Positions 32,873 to 42,553 are shown, counted from the stretch's first letter. The stretch: 64,000 nucleotides of DNA from Candidatus Poribacteria bacterium (GCA_965222225.1 CBDCTK010000002.1:3488001-3552000), one strand, 5' to 3'. Notes: generated by a model not told the origin, from the letters alone. Numbers and translations are program-made.

Positions 32873-33775
32873 ATGAAAACCAAATGTCGTATCTTTTTAG
32901 TTTGTTTGATGTGCGTGGTGTTGTCCAATTTTCCGTGTACTGCCGATGAAATAACAACCGCCTTCACTTTCGGCAGAATTGAAGTCCTGACCTTTGGAGA
33001 GGAGGAGTGGGCGTTCTTGGAAAAAGGATTTGTGTTGATGGAGAAAGACCTTGTGCGGATGCCGCCAGATTCGCTCATCCGACTTCAATCGAAGGATGGT
33101 CTATTGCCCACATTGCCGGGTGGACGTGAGCTTTCAGTCGGCGATCTTGTTGTCGAGGGAAAGCGACTAAAGACAATGCCGAGAGCAAAGCGTATCAATC
33201 ACGGCATTGAACATAGTCCCTTGAGCGATGTACTGCCAGTTGGTCGTCCAACTGAAAGAGTCCACCAGATGACTACAAGCGCCAAAACGCGCGCGGTGGC
33301 AGTTTCCAATGATGAATTAAGTGCACTGAGGATGGAAATTGATGCGTTTCCTGATGAAATTGCTCGGTTAATCCCTGAGTTAGAAACATACTTAAATATT
33401 CCGGCTAACGAAAAGGACAATCGCATGGAAAAGCGCTATCCCTATCCGGCATTGGATCTGGCTCAGAAGTTGTACAATTCTCTCAGAGGTCTTGGAGTAG
33501 ATGTCCTTGCGGATCACAACCCAACGCTGTTGTACGTTCAATTGCTCCGTCGTTGCGGTATCGCAGCCGATCTGATTGTGGATAACAGCGGAAAATTACT
33601 CGGTGTGTTCGATAGTGGTATACTGCTCACTTCGGGAAAAAGGGTTGCAGCAAATCGGACACTTATTCAAGAAATAGGCCTGGCGGATACCGTCTGGATC
33701 TCAGTTGACGTGCAACCCCACAAACAGAATTTTACCACTGCGTGGTACGAAGGCAGTGAACAGATTGGCAATTGA
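32873..33775 (+). CDS. Secreted protein with FecR-like N-terminus and degenerate transglutaminase-like C-terminus
   Basis: Signal peptide; GRIEV..W..LEKG.VL.EKDLVRMPPDS.IRL..DG; C-terminus resembles the upstream protein but lacks Cys/His. Confidence 0.55.
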   Translation: MKTKCRIFLVCLMCVVLSNFPCTADEITTAFTFGRIEVLTFGEEEWAFLEKGFVLMEKDLVRMPPDSLIRLQSKDGLLPTLPGGRELSVGDLVVEGKRLKTMPRAKRINHGIEHSPLSDVLPVGRPTERVHQMTTSAKTRAVAVSNDELSALRMEIDAFPDEIARLIPELETYLNIPANEKDNRMEKRYPYPALDLAQKLYNSLRGLGVDVLADHNPTLLYVQLLRRCGIAADLIVDNSGKLLGVFDSGILLTSGKRVAANRTLIQEIGLADTVWISVDVQPHKQNFTTAWYEGSEQIGN

Positions 33776-33808
33776 CGGTTGTCGCGTGTCTATTCCAATG
33801 TGTCTACC

Positions 33809-35794
33809 ATGAAACTAAGCCAGGTTCAAAGGACACATTTACTCATCTGCCTTGTTGGTTTCTTGCCCTTTATTGTGGTAGGACTCTTGTGGAGTCTCGG
33901 CCTATTCGAGTTCATAGAGTTAAAAACACTTGATTGGCGTTTGCACCTTCGATCTGCTCAATCGGCACAGGTATCGCCCGACATTTCACTCATTACAATC
34001 GATACCAAGAGCGAGGAAGAGTTTGGTATCGTGTTTCCTTGGCCCTCCTATCTTTATTCCTCTCTTCTGTCATCTCTTCAGAAAGCGAACCCAAAGGCAA
34101 TAGGTTTGATCATGCTTTTCCAACGTGAATGGGGAGGCAACAAGGTCTTACCGGGCGACAAGTTGTTTGTGATTCGACCGTATGACTCGCCTACCGATGT
34201 CGAAAATCGCCGCGCTATTCCCACGATAACGCACTGGACGGAAGTCCCTGAATACCTAGAAACTGCACAGAAGAGTTTCAGTTTTTTCCCGTTCGATCGG
34301 TCTGACGGGATTAGTCGATCTGCCCAGTTGGTCGTTAAAGACGAGGAAGATGCATACCACTACTCGCTTGAAATGTTACTTTTCTGCCAAACCCATGGGA
34401 TTTCTCCAGATTCTATTAAAGTTCGAGAACAGTTTTGGCACGGCAACTACCTAGAATTCCCTTTAGTAGATGGTAAATCAACGCGTATTCCACTAGATCC
34501 GCAGGGAAGATTCTTCGTTCGCATTGTCGGTGGCCTTTCCCCAGTTCGTAGCGGTATGCCACTGTGGAATACAACTTCATACATTAACGTACTGAATCAA
34601 TTTGAGAATAGCCGTGCAGAATTCAACCGGAATTTCAGGGAAAAATGCGTCCTCATCGGTGTAACGACGGACGCAGCACCCGAAATACCAACGTCATTTG
34701 GGAAACAGTCGGCGCTCGCTTTGCGCGCTAATCTCCTAAATGCCTTGTTCAATCAAGATTTCATTTGGCGCTCCACTCCCGGAGTTGCGTTCATCTATTT
34801 TCTCATTCTCGCACTTGTTTCGACATCGGCTGCGTTGGCTATTAACCAGACAGGACATGGTTCCCGCGCGATGATATTGACTGCAGGCGGGCTGCTAGTT
34901 CTGCATTTGCTTGTCGTTGTCTGCGGTTTTGTCTTTTTCAACTTTTGGCTGGAGACAATAGCATTTAGCTTAGCAATCATTTCCGCCGGCATTGTGAACA
35001 GCTTGTTTTTAGCCCATCTACGTCTCCGGCACGCGGTGTTACAACTGCGGGAAACCCAGGATCAGCTAGTTCAGTCTGAGAAAGAAGCGGTGTTTGGCGT
35101 GATGTCGGCACAAGTCCGGCACGAACTACGAAACTCGCTCAACCTGATTCGTGCACCGGCAGAAATGATTCGCAATAACTTTCAACGTGGAGACGTGCTG
35201 AATTTGCGGGCTCGCCCCAACGAGATTATTGATGAGATGAATACCATAATTGATACGGCGGCAACACTTGATGACATGATTGAAAATGAGTTGAGTTTTT
35301 TTCAAGATACACACTTGAATTTTGAAACTCATGATTTAAAGACAATCATACTATCTGCCCGCGACATGAACCAACCGTTTATTGATGAAAACCAGATTCG
35401 AGTAAATCTGAATTTACCTTTACCGGTGAAAATACCTTCCGTACGCCTCGACGCCGATAAGATGCGGATTGCCTTCGCTAACTTGATAAAAAACGCTTGT
35501 CAAGCCATGCCGGAAGGTGGAGAATTAGACATTGCCGTCAAATTCGGCACCGAATTTAATCTGCCCGCAGGGCGGCGAGATAGACTTCTTGTTTCTTTTG
35601 AAGATAAAGGTACAGGGATTCCGGAAGGAGAACTCCAGCGTATTTTTGAGCCGTTTCACACCACCAAACCTCGCGGATTGGGGCTTGGCTTGGTTAATGT
35701 TAAGAACATCGTTGAGGGACACGGCGGGCGTGTGTATGCTAAGAGTGATGTTGGCATTGGAACAACATTTTGCATCGAACTTCCCCTCCATTAG
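33809..35794 (+). CDS. CHASE2-domain sensor histidine kinase
   Basis: ELKTLDWR..ITID..WP CHASE2 start, TM helices, H-box RHELRNSL, NLIKNA, DKGTGI, FEPFHTTK..GLGLGL. Confidence 0.92.
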   Translation: MKLSQVQRTHLLICLVGFLPFIVVGLLWSLGLFEFIELKTLDWRLHLRSAQSAQVSPDISLITIDTKSEEEFGIVFPWPSYLYSSLLSSLQKANPKAIGLIMLFQREWGGNKVLPGDKLFVIRPYDSPTDVENRRAIPTITHWTEVPEYLETAQKSFSFFPFDRSDGISRSAQLVVKDEEDAYHYSLEMLLFCQTHGISPDSIKVREQFWHGNYLEFPLVDGKSTRIPLDPQGRFFVRIVGGLSPVRSGMPLWNTTSYINVLNQFENSRAEFNRNFREKCVLIGVTTDAAPEIPTSFGKQSALALRANLLNALFNQDFIWRSTPGVAFIYFLILALVSTSAALAINQTGHGSRAMILTAGGLLVLHLLVVVCGFVFFNFWLETIAFSLAIISAGIVNSLFLAHLRLRHAVLQLRETQDQLVQSEKEAVFGVMSAQVRHELRNSLNLIRAPAEMIRNNFQRGDVLNLRARPNEIIDEMNTIIDTAATLDDMIENELSFFQDTHLNFETHDLKTIILSARDMNQPFIDENQIRVNLNLPLPVKIPSVRLDADKMRIAFANLIKNACQAMPEGGELDIAVKFGTEFNLPAGRRDRLLVSFEDKGTGIPEGELQRIFEPFHTTKPRGLGLGLVNVKNIVEGHGGRVYAKSDVGIGTTFCIELPLH

Positions 35795-35849
35795 ACATTG
35801 AGCACAAGGGGTTTCAGATTTTGTGCCGCAGGCATGACAGACCACTTTC

Positions 35850-37298
35850 ATGATGAAAATGAATCGAGCGCGCATTCTAATTGCAGATGACGAGAAAGCG
35901 ATTTGTCGCTATATCAGTCAACAACTTGAAATTGAGCCAACGGTTGAAGCCGACATAGACTTCGCCCATGATCGAGATTGGGCGATTCAAATGTTGGATA
36001 CACAAGCCCCGTATGACTTGTTGTTACTCGATCTCTGGATGCCAGATGCTCATGGAGTGCTGGATAAGGAGGCAGGACTAAAGATTCTTAAGCACAGTAA
36101 ACATGAATCACAAATATCTCAGGCCATTATGATTACGGCAAATAGTTCCTCCAAGACCGCGCTTGAGGCGAGTGGATTAGGAGTTTATGATTATATTAGC
36201 AAACCAATCGACTATACCCATCTCACAAATGTGGTCAAGACGGCTTTGATGCGGCGCTCTAGTGAAAAGTCTCATCAAGACTCTGATACAACTGTTTCAC
36301 CCGCCGATAAGTTGCCCGATTATGAAATCATCGGTAACAGTGATGTAATGATTGATGTGATGAAAAAAGTTGGGCGGATTGCTGCTTCCGATGTGGACGT
36401 GTTGATTTGCGGTGAGAGCGGCACAGGCAAGGAACTTGTCGCACGTGCTATACACAAGTACAGCGATCGACGGAAGGGACCTTTCATAGATGTCAATTGT
36501 AGTGCAATTCCATCAGAGTTGATTGAGGCGGAATTGTTCGGAATCGGAAAACGGGTAGCGACGGCCGTCGATCAGCGACCGGGAAAATTCCTGCAGGCAC
36601 GTGGGGGTACGATTTTCCTTGACGAGATAGGCGATCTAAGTCTCGCTATGCAGCCTAAACTGCTTCGCGTACTTGATTCCAAGGAGGTGCAAGGGGTTGG
36701 TCTTCATCCTCAACATGTTGATGTCCGCATAATCGCTGCCACGAATCGCGACTTGGAATCAGCCGTCAAAGCGGGTGAATTTCGCAGCGACCTCTATTAC
36801 CGTCTGAAACTCACAATCCCTCTTCCGCCGCTGTGCGAACGGATAGAAGATATTTCCATACTTGCCAACCACTTCCTTCAGAAACATGCGCGTACCCTGG
36901 ATCAGAAGCGCATTCGTGGTTTTGAGGAGGGTGTCCTGACAAGGTTCGAACAATACCGTTGGCCGGGAAATATCCGCGAACTAGAGAAAGCGGTTGAATT
37001 CGCAGTTGTAACGTGCACGGATACTCTCATCTCCCCGAAAGATTTGCCTGCCGAAATCTTTGATGGAAGCAACAGTGCAAAAATGCCGACTGTTGATAGC
37101 AACCCATTGGATGCTAACCTTCGTGGCTTACTTGATGCTCCGACAATTAAAGAGGCCTCCCAAGACTTTGAGCGAATCTTTCTTGAGCATAAACTCCAGC
37201 AGAATAATTGGAACATCCAAGAAACAGCCAGACAAATTGGGATTAAGCGACAGTCGCTCCACCGAAAACTTAAGGAACTCGGGTTGCATCGAACTTAA
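35850..37298 (+). CDS. NtrC-family response regulator (REC-AAA-HTH) with non-canonical GAFTGA loop
   Basis: LIADDE, LLDLWMP, GESGTGKELVA, FLDEIGD, WPGNIREL, Fis-type HTH; loop reads LFGIGKRVATAV. Confidence 0.93.
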   Translation: MMKMNRARILIADDEKAICRYISQQLEIEPTVEADIDFAHDRDWAIQMLDTQAPYDLLLLDLWMPDAHGVLDKEAGLKILKHSKHESQISQAIMITANSSSKTALEASGLGVYDYISKPIDYTHLTNVVKTALMRRSSEKSHQDSDTTVSPADKLPDYEIIGNSDVMIDVMKKVGRIAASDVDVLICGESGTGKELVARAIHKYSDRRKGPFIDVNCSAIPSELIEAELFGIGKRVATAVDQRPGKFLQARGGTIFLDEIGDLSLAMQPKLLRVLDSKEVQGVGLHPQHVDVRIIAATNRDLESAVKAGEFRSDLYYRLKLTIPLPPLCERIEDISILANHFLQKHARTLDQKRIRGFEEGVLTRFEQYRWPGNIRELEKAVEFAVVTCTDTLISPKDLPAEIFDGSNSAKMPTVDSNPLDANLRGLLDAPTIKEASQDFERIFLEHKLQQNNWNIQETARQIGIKRQSLHRKLKELGLHRT

Positions 37299-37341
37299 GC
37301 AACTGAGGCACCATTTGGACACATTAATACGTCAAATGCAA

Positions 37342-37426
37342 GTGACAGTGTCACATCCAAGCGACAGGTTTTTGAGTCTTATCTGTGATATCAAATAGTG
37401 ACGCTGTCGGAGTGATTTCACCGACA
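37342..37426. promoter_or_regulatory. Putative enhancer (UAS) palindromes
   Basis: GTGACA-G-TGTCAC (37342), TGTCAC-N6-GCGACA (37349), TGTCGG-N10-CCGACA (37405), 160-250 bp upstream of the -24 element. Confidence 0.5.
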
Positions 37427-37588
37427 ACTCGACTTCCCTCCAAAAAACTCTGGAACTCCGTCCTTAGCAGCAGAAATGTTAAGTTAGCTCGTGGGCGCAC
37501 GCAATTTATCTCATTTCGCTTGTCTGTTTCCGCAAGTTTCTTCTATATTCCCTGCCCTCCAAGTAATTCCGTTTCCAAGGTTTTTGCC

Positions 37589-37603
37589 TGGCATATATCT
37601 TGC
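37589..37603 (+). promoter_or_regulatory. Sigma54 -24/-12 promoter
   Basis: TGGCATATATCTTGC matches TGGCAY-N5-TTGC (GG-N10-GC), ~60 bp upstream of the sigma gene. Confidence 0.75.
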
Positions 37604-37665
37604 CCCTATAAATCTTACAAGATACAGAATCGTAAAGGGTAAGATCCGGCTGTTCGGAGAAGAAT

Positions 37666-38856
37666 ATGGTTCCCACTAAGAAAGACACCAATTCTAGCCA
37701 AACAACTCATCAAACGCCAACAGGTGATTCTTGGGCACCCGAATTTCGCGGTGTTCCGACAGAAACGGGAATATTTTCCCCGATTGAGCGGTTGCCAAGC
37801 CCTGCAAATGCGTTGGAGGTTGAACCATCCAAATCATCATATCCAGATAGGGAAAACGGCACTCTTGGCACTTACCTAAACCAGATTGGCAATATCCATC
37901 GCTTAACACCGGAAGAGGAAACCAGTGCCTTTATCAAGATTGAGAAGTCTCAGAAGCGGATAGAAGAAGATTATTACGAATTAGGAATACACGTCCCCCA
38001 TATCGACCCAGAAAATCCGCCTCTTTTGGACACATTGAAACGACAGATTAGCGATGCTCGTCTTTCATCTCTTGACCGGTCGTATCTTCTTAATCTTGCC
38101 CAGCACATCCAATTCATAGAGGATGAGATTCACACCACCAAGAATCGCATCGTTGAGGCGAATCTGCGTTTGGCTGTTTGTATTGCAAAAAAATACCGAG
38201 AGCGCGGACTGGAACTGCCAGACCTGATTCAACAGGCTAATATAGGGTTAATCAATGCGGTCAATCGCTTTGATTGGCGAAGGAACGTTAAATTCAGCGC
38301 CTACGCTTCTTGGTGGATCCAGCAAGCAATCGGGTGTGGCATTGCCAATCATGGCCGAACAATCCGCATTCCTGCCCATCTCCTTGAAACGTGTCGAAAG
38401 GTAGAACGTTCAAGATGTAATCTTCAACAGCAGCAAGCTAAGGAACCAAGTCTAGCACAACTCAGTGAGACAACAGGCTTGCCTATCGAAAAAATCACAC
38501 TGTTGCCTCAGCTAACCGCCCAAGTGATTTCGTTAGAGGCATGCATTGATGGCGAATCATCTACCGCTATTGAAAACACTCTCTCATGTGAGCATACGCC
38601 GAATCCACTTTCAGAAATTGTTCGTAAGGAGCTTATCGACGAGGTCCGAAAAGCCCTTGCAGGGTTGCCTTCACGCGATAAACAGATTGCGGAACTTAGA
38701 TATGGGCTAGAGGACGGGTACGAATACAGTTTGCAGGAAATAGGGAGCCTTCTAGGCCTTTCGAGAGAACGGATTCGACAACTAGAAGCACGTGCGCTGA
38801 ATTGTCTAAGTCACCCTACCCAGAGTACGAAACTCCGCGAGTTTCTTGATGCTTAA
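37666..38856 (+). CDS. Alternative RpoD/RpoS-like sigma70 factor
   Basis: Region 1.2 (YLNQIG..LTPEEE), ANLRL..AKKY..DLIQ..GL..AV.RFD, KFSAYASWWIQQAI, RTIRIP, LSRERIRQLE; lacks region 1.1. Confidence 0.9.
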   Translation: MVPTKKDTNSSQTTHQTPTGDSWAPEFRGVPTETGIFSPIERLPSPANALEVEPSKSSYPDRENGTLGTYLNQIGNIHRLTPEEETSAFIKIEKSQKRIEEDYYELGIHVPHIDPENPPLLDTLKRQISDARLSSLDRSYLLNLAQHIQFIEDEIHTTKNRIVEANLRLAVCIAKKYRERGLELPDLIQQANIGLINAVNRFDWRRNVKFSAYASWWIQQAIGCGIANHGRTIRIPAHLLETCRKVERSRCNLQQQQAKEPSLAQLSETTGLPIEKITLLPQLTAQVISLEACIDGESSTAIENTLSCEHTPNPLSEIVRKELIDEVRKALAGLPSRDKQIAELRYGLEDGYEYSLQEIGSLLGLSRERIRQLEARALNCLSHPTQSTKLREFLDA

Positions 38857-39023
38857 CACCAAGATGTATACACGCTTGAAAACATGAAGGAGGAGCCCGA
38901 AAACCCGAAATTGGTCACACTAGCACATTGTCGGTACCAAATGGGACTTGATGTCGTCTGAGTTCAGTCTTTCAACAATCTTTCAAGTTGGCCACACACT
39001 CTCCAGGCCGTCGAGTTTTTTCA

Positions 39024-39052
39024 TTGACAAAGTCGGTTTGTTTTGATATACT
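39024..39052 (+). promoter_or_regulatory. Strong sigma70 promoter of the tRNA operon
   Basis: TTGACA-N17-TATACT with extended TG, 11 nt before tRNA-Gly. Confidence 0.8.
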
Positions 39053-39063
39053 GTAGTTTGCCT

Positions 39064-39138
39064 GCGGGAGTAGCTCAGTGGTAGAGCTCTACCTTGCCAA
39101 GGTAGAGGTCGCGGGTTCAAGTCCCGTCTCCCGCTCCA
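39064..39138 (+). tRNA. tRNA-Gly(GCC)
   Basis: GCGGGAG acceptor, CTACC-TTGCCAA-GGTAG anticodon arm, GGTTCAA T-loop, encoded CCA. Confidence 0.97.
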
Positions 39139-39142
39139 AAGT

Positions 39143-39214
39143 GGCGGCGTAGCCAAGTGGTACGGCGAAAGTCTGCAAAACTTTTATACGTCGGTTCGAT
39201 TCCGACCGCCGCCT
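39143..39214 (+). tRNA. tRNA-Cys(GCA)
   Basis: GGCGGCG/CGCCGCC-T acceptor, AAAGT-CTGCAAA-ACTTT arm, GGTTCGATTCC; no encoded CCA. Confidence 0.95.
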
Positions 39215-39229
39215 TCATTTTTCAAATAA

Positions 39230-39303
39230 GGGCGGTTAGCTCAGTTGGTTAGAGTACTTGCTCGACACGCAAGGGGTCGTAGGTTCAAATCCTATACCGC
39301 CCA
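39230..39303 (+). tRNA. tRNA-Val(GAC)
   Basis: GGGCGGT/ACCGCCC-A acceptor, CTTGC-TCGACAC-GCAAG arm, GGTTCAAATCC; no encoded CCA. Confidence 0.93.
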
Positions 39304-39340
39304 TTATCCAGAATATAATTTTCATCTAAGGTTTTCATCT

Positions 39341-39363
39341 AAGGGCCGAAAGGCTCTTTTTTT
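39341..39363 (+). terminator. Intrinsic terminator after the tRNA operon
   Basis: AAGGGCC-GAAA-GGCTCTT followed by a T run. Confidence 0.75.
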
Positions 39364-39460
39364 ATGAGGTAAATTTGGGAAAGGCATACCCATTGAACTG
39401 GTAAGTCTTCCGTGCTCAACAACCGGATTCAATTGACGAACTGGTTCGACACTCCGATGA

Positions 39461-41290
39461 ATGGTGAAAATCATGTCAGATTCGGAAAAAGATTGGTTAT
39501 ACAAGATCAGGCATAGCGTCGCTCATGTGATGGCGCAAGCCGTCTTGGAGCGCTATCCGGATGCCAAACTGGCTATCGGCCCACCGATTGATGATGGTTT
39601 TTATTACGATTTCGATCTGGGGGTTGAGGAAGATGGCAAACCTAGTTCCTTCTCGTCGGATGACCTTGAAGCAATTGAGAAGCGAATGCGGCAGATTGTG
39701 ATAGGCAAACATGAGTTCAATTATCGGGAAATCAGCCCTGATGCAGCTCGCGAGTTGTTCAAGAATCAACCGTATAAGCTAGAACTGATTGAGGGACTCA
39801 TCGAAGGTGGAGCGGACGAATACGGAAGCGAAGTGGATGAAACGCCGACTTTAAGCACTTATCGCCACGATACGTTTGAAGACCTCTGCCGAGGACCGCA
39901 TGTCGCCGATACACGTGAAATTCGACCCGATGCATTTAAGTTGCTCAGCGTCGCCGGTGCATATTGGCGGGGCGATGAAAACAACGCGATGCTTCAGAGA
40001 ATCTACGGTACCGCATGGAACACAAAAGCGGAATTGAAGCAGCACCTTCAAATGCTTGAAGAGGCGAAAAAAAGAGATCATCGTAGGCTTGGTAAAGATC
40101 TGGAAATTTTCATCTTTGATGAAGACGTTGGTCCCGGCTTGCCATTATGGCTGCCTAACGGTGGAATCATAATCGAAGAGTTGGAAAAACTCGCCAAAGA
40201 GATGGAAGACAAACGCGGTTACGACCGCGTACGGACACCCCATCTTGCCAAAGACGCGCTCTTTCAACGCACCGGGCATCTGGCACACTATACCGACAGT
40301 ATGTATCCCCCGATGGAAATGGAAGGTGTGCGTTACTACATGAAGCCAATGAACTGCCCTTTCCATCATAAGATTTTTGATAGTAAAATCCGAAGTTACC
40401 GCGAATTACCACTACGCCTAGCCGAATACGGTACCTGTTATCGTTTTGAAAAGAGTGGTGAGCTTTTTGGTCTAATGCGGGTACGCTCCATGCAAATGAA
40501 CGACGCGCATATCTACTGCTCCGAGGAACAGTTTGAAGACGAGTTTATGGGGGTGGTAGCCCTTTACCAAGAGTATTTTCGAATCTTCGGTATCGAAAAA
40601 TATGTAATGCAATTCAGCACACATCACAAGAGCGGACTGGGCAAGAAATACGTTGATGATGAACCGCTATGGCAGAAAACCGAAGAGATGGTTCGCCGAA
40701 CAATGAAGAATGGCGGTATTCCCTACGTTGAAGTGCATGATGAAGCGGCATTCTACGGTCCCAAGATAGATGTGCAGATTTGGAGCGCCATAGGGCGTGA
40801 GTTTACGCTTGCGACGAATCAGGTTGATTTTGCACAACCGGCGCGATGTAATCTAAGTTTTATCAACCGACAAGGAGACGCCGAAATTCCAATATGTCTA
40901 CATCGCGCGCCTCTCAGTACACATGAGCGCATGATTGGTTTTCTGATTGAACATTACGCTGGCAAGTTTCCCGTCTGGCTGGCGCCCGAACATGCGCGCG
41001 TCATACCCATCGGTGACAGCCACAACGAATATGCTGAGCGAATTGTTCAAGAATTGAAATCGGCGAACCTCCGGGTATCTGCAGACCTCAGCAACGAACG
41101 CATGAATGCGAAAATCCGTCAAGCTCAGTTGATGCAGGTTCCATACATGCTTGTTGTTGGAGACAGGGAGATGGAGAACAATAGTGTCTCCATGCGAAAA
41201 CGAGATGGTACTCGCGAGAACGGTGTACCCACAGAACAGTTTGTCACTTCAGTCCGAGATCGGATTGCGTCGCGATCTGCGGAGCTTTAA
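39461..41290 (+). CDS. thrS: Threonine--tRNA ligase (lacking N-terminal TGS domain)
   Basis: RHSVAHVMA, DLCRGPH, AYWRGD, RDHRRLG, KPMNCP, AAFYGPK, HRA; start may be ATG 39473. Confidence 0.97.
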   Translation: MVKIMSDSEKDWLYKIRHSVAHVMAQAVLERYPDAKLAIGPPIDDGFYYDFDLGVEEDGKPSSFSSDDLEAIEKRMRQIVIGKHEFNYREISPDAARELFKNQPYKLELIEGLIEGGADEYGSEVDETPTLSTYRHDTFEDLCRGPHVADTREIRPDAFKLLSVAGAYWRGDENNAMLQRIYGTAWNTKAELKQHLQMLEEAKKRDHRRLGKDLEIFIFDEDVGPGLPLWLPNGGIIIEELEKLAKEMEDKRGYDRVRTPHLAKDALFQRTGHLAHYTDSMYPPMEMEGVRYYMKPMNCPFHHKIFDSKIRSYRELPLRLAEYGTCYRFEKSGELFGLMRVRSMQMNDAHIYCSEEQFEDEFMGVVALYQEYFRIFGIEKYVMQFSTHHKSGLGKKYVDDEPLWQKTEEMVRRTMKNGGIPYVEVHDEAAFYGPKIDVQIWSAIGREFTLATNQVDFAQPARCNLSFINRQGDAEIPICLHRAPLSTHERMIGFLIEHYAGKFPVWLAPEHARVIPIGDSHNEYAERIVQELKSANLRVSADLSNERMNAKIRQAQLMQVPYMLVVGDREMENNSVSMRKRDGTRENGVPTEQFVTSVRDRIASRSAEL

Positions 41291-41359
41291 AAATCAGGGA
41301 AGTCCCGTTTGAACACGTTGCTTGTCTTCGTCGTCCCAAAAAAAATTTGGTAACAGACC

Positions 41360-42553
41360 ATGAGACGAATCTATCTGGATCACAACGCGACAACACCACT
41401 CCATCCGGAGGTGTTGGAAGCGATGACCCCTTACCTAACAGATCGATTTGGTAACGGCTCCAGCATCCACGCCTACGGACGTGAAGCACGCACCGCAATT
41501 GATACCGCTCGCGAACAGGTGGCGGATCTAATTGGCGCTAAGAGTCCAAGCGAGATCGTGTTTGCCAGCAGCGGGACAGAGGCAGACAATCACGCCATAA
41601 AGGGCCTCGCAGAACTGCAAAAGAGCCGGAACGTCGGACATCACATCATCACCTCTGCAGTAGAACATCATGCGGTTTTGCACTCGTGTCAACATCTCGA
41701 AAAGCACGGTTTCGAAGTTACGTATTTGCCTGTCGATCGCTACGGACGGATTCATACCGATGCGTTGCGCGCGGCAATCCGCGAGACGACAATCTTGATT
41801 TCAATAATGCACGCTAACAACGAAACAGGAACAGTCCAACCCATCGCCGAAGTTGCTGAAATTGCGGCGGAGCATAGTATTCCGCTCCACACGGACGCTG
41901 TCCAATCCGTCGGCAAACTTCCTGTGGACGTTCAAGAATTGGGGATAAGCCTTTTATCGCTTTCCGGACATAAGCTCTATGGTCCCAAAGGGATTGGCGT
42001 GCTGTACATACGGCGTGGAACTCGCCTGGAGAACCTTATGCACGGTGGCTCGCATGAACGCAATCGTCGCGCGGGATCAGAGAATGTTCCAGCAATCGTT
42101 GGACTCGGGGCGGCGGCGCAGATTGCCAAGACGAACCGCGAAAGTAATGTTGAACACCTGGATTGTCTAACACAAAAACTCCGAGACGGACTCCATGAAA
42201 GACTTGATGGGCTATATGAGAATGGGCATCCCGAACACTGCCTTCCCGGAACATTGAACATCTCTTTTGAATTTGTCGAAGGGGAAAGTCTCATCTTGAG
42301 ATTAGATATGGAAGGTATCTGCGTCTCGACCGGATCCGCTTGTACCTCTGGCTCAATGGAACCTTCCCATGTTCTGGCTGCATTGGGACTTAGACCACAG
42401 TTGGCACAGGGCACGGTACGGTTTTCACTTGGCAGAGACAACACCGAGATCGAAATTAATGACATGATTGAAAAGGTGCCGGAGATTATCGAACAAATGC
42501 GCGGCATGTCCCCCGAGTATAAGCGGAAAAGGAACACACCCAAAGCAACGTAA
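41360..42553 (+). CDS. iscS: Cysteine desulfurase IscS/NifS
   Basis: YLDHNATTP, NNETG, HTDAVQ, SGHKLYGPKG, STGSACTSGSMEPSHVL. Confidence 0.93.
   Translation: MRRIYLDHNATTPLHPEVLEAMTPYLTDRFGNGSSIHAYGREARTAIDTAREQVADLIGAKSPSEIVFASSGTEADNHAIKGLAELQKSRNVGHHIITSAVEHHAVLHSCQHLEKHGFEVTYLPVDRYGRIHTDALRAAIRETTILISIMHANNETGTVQPIAEVAEIAAEHSIPLHTDAVQSVGKLPVDVQELGISLLSLSGHKLYGPKGIGVLYIRRGTRLENLMHGGSHERNRRAGSENVPAIVGLGAAAQIAKTNRESNVEHLDCLTQKLRDGLHERLDGLYENGHPEHCLPGTLNISFEFVEGESLILRLDMEGICVSTGSACTSGSMEPSHVLAALGLRPQLAQGTVRFSLGRDNTEIEINDMIEKVPEIIEQMRGMSPEYKRKRNTPKAT

Noticed and set aside
39319-39344. 13-bp tandem duplication TTTTCATCTAAGG after the tRNA operon as an attachment site
   Set aside because: It does not match a tRNA 3' end, and no integrase is nearby
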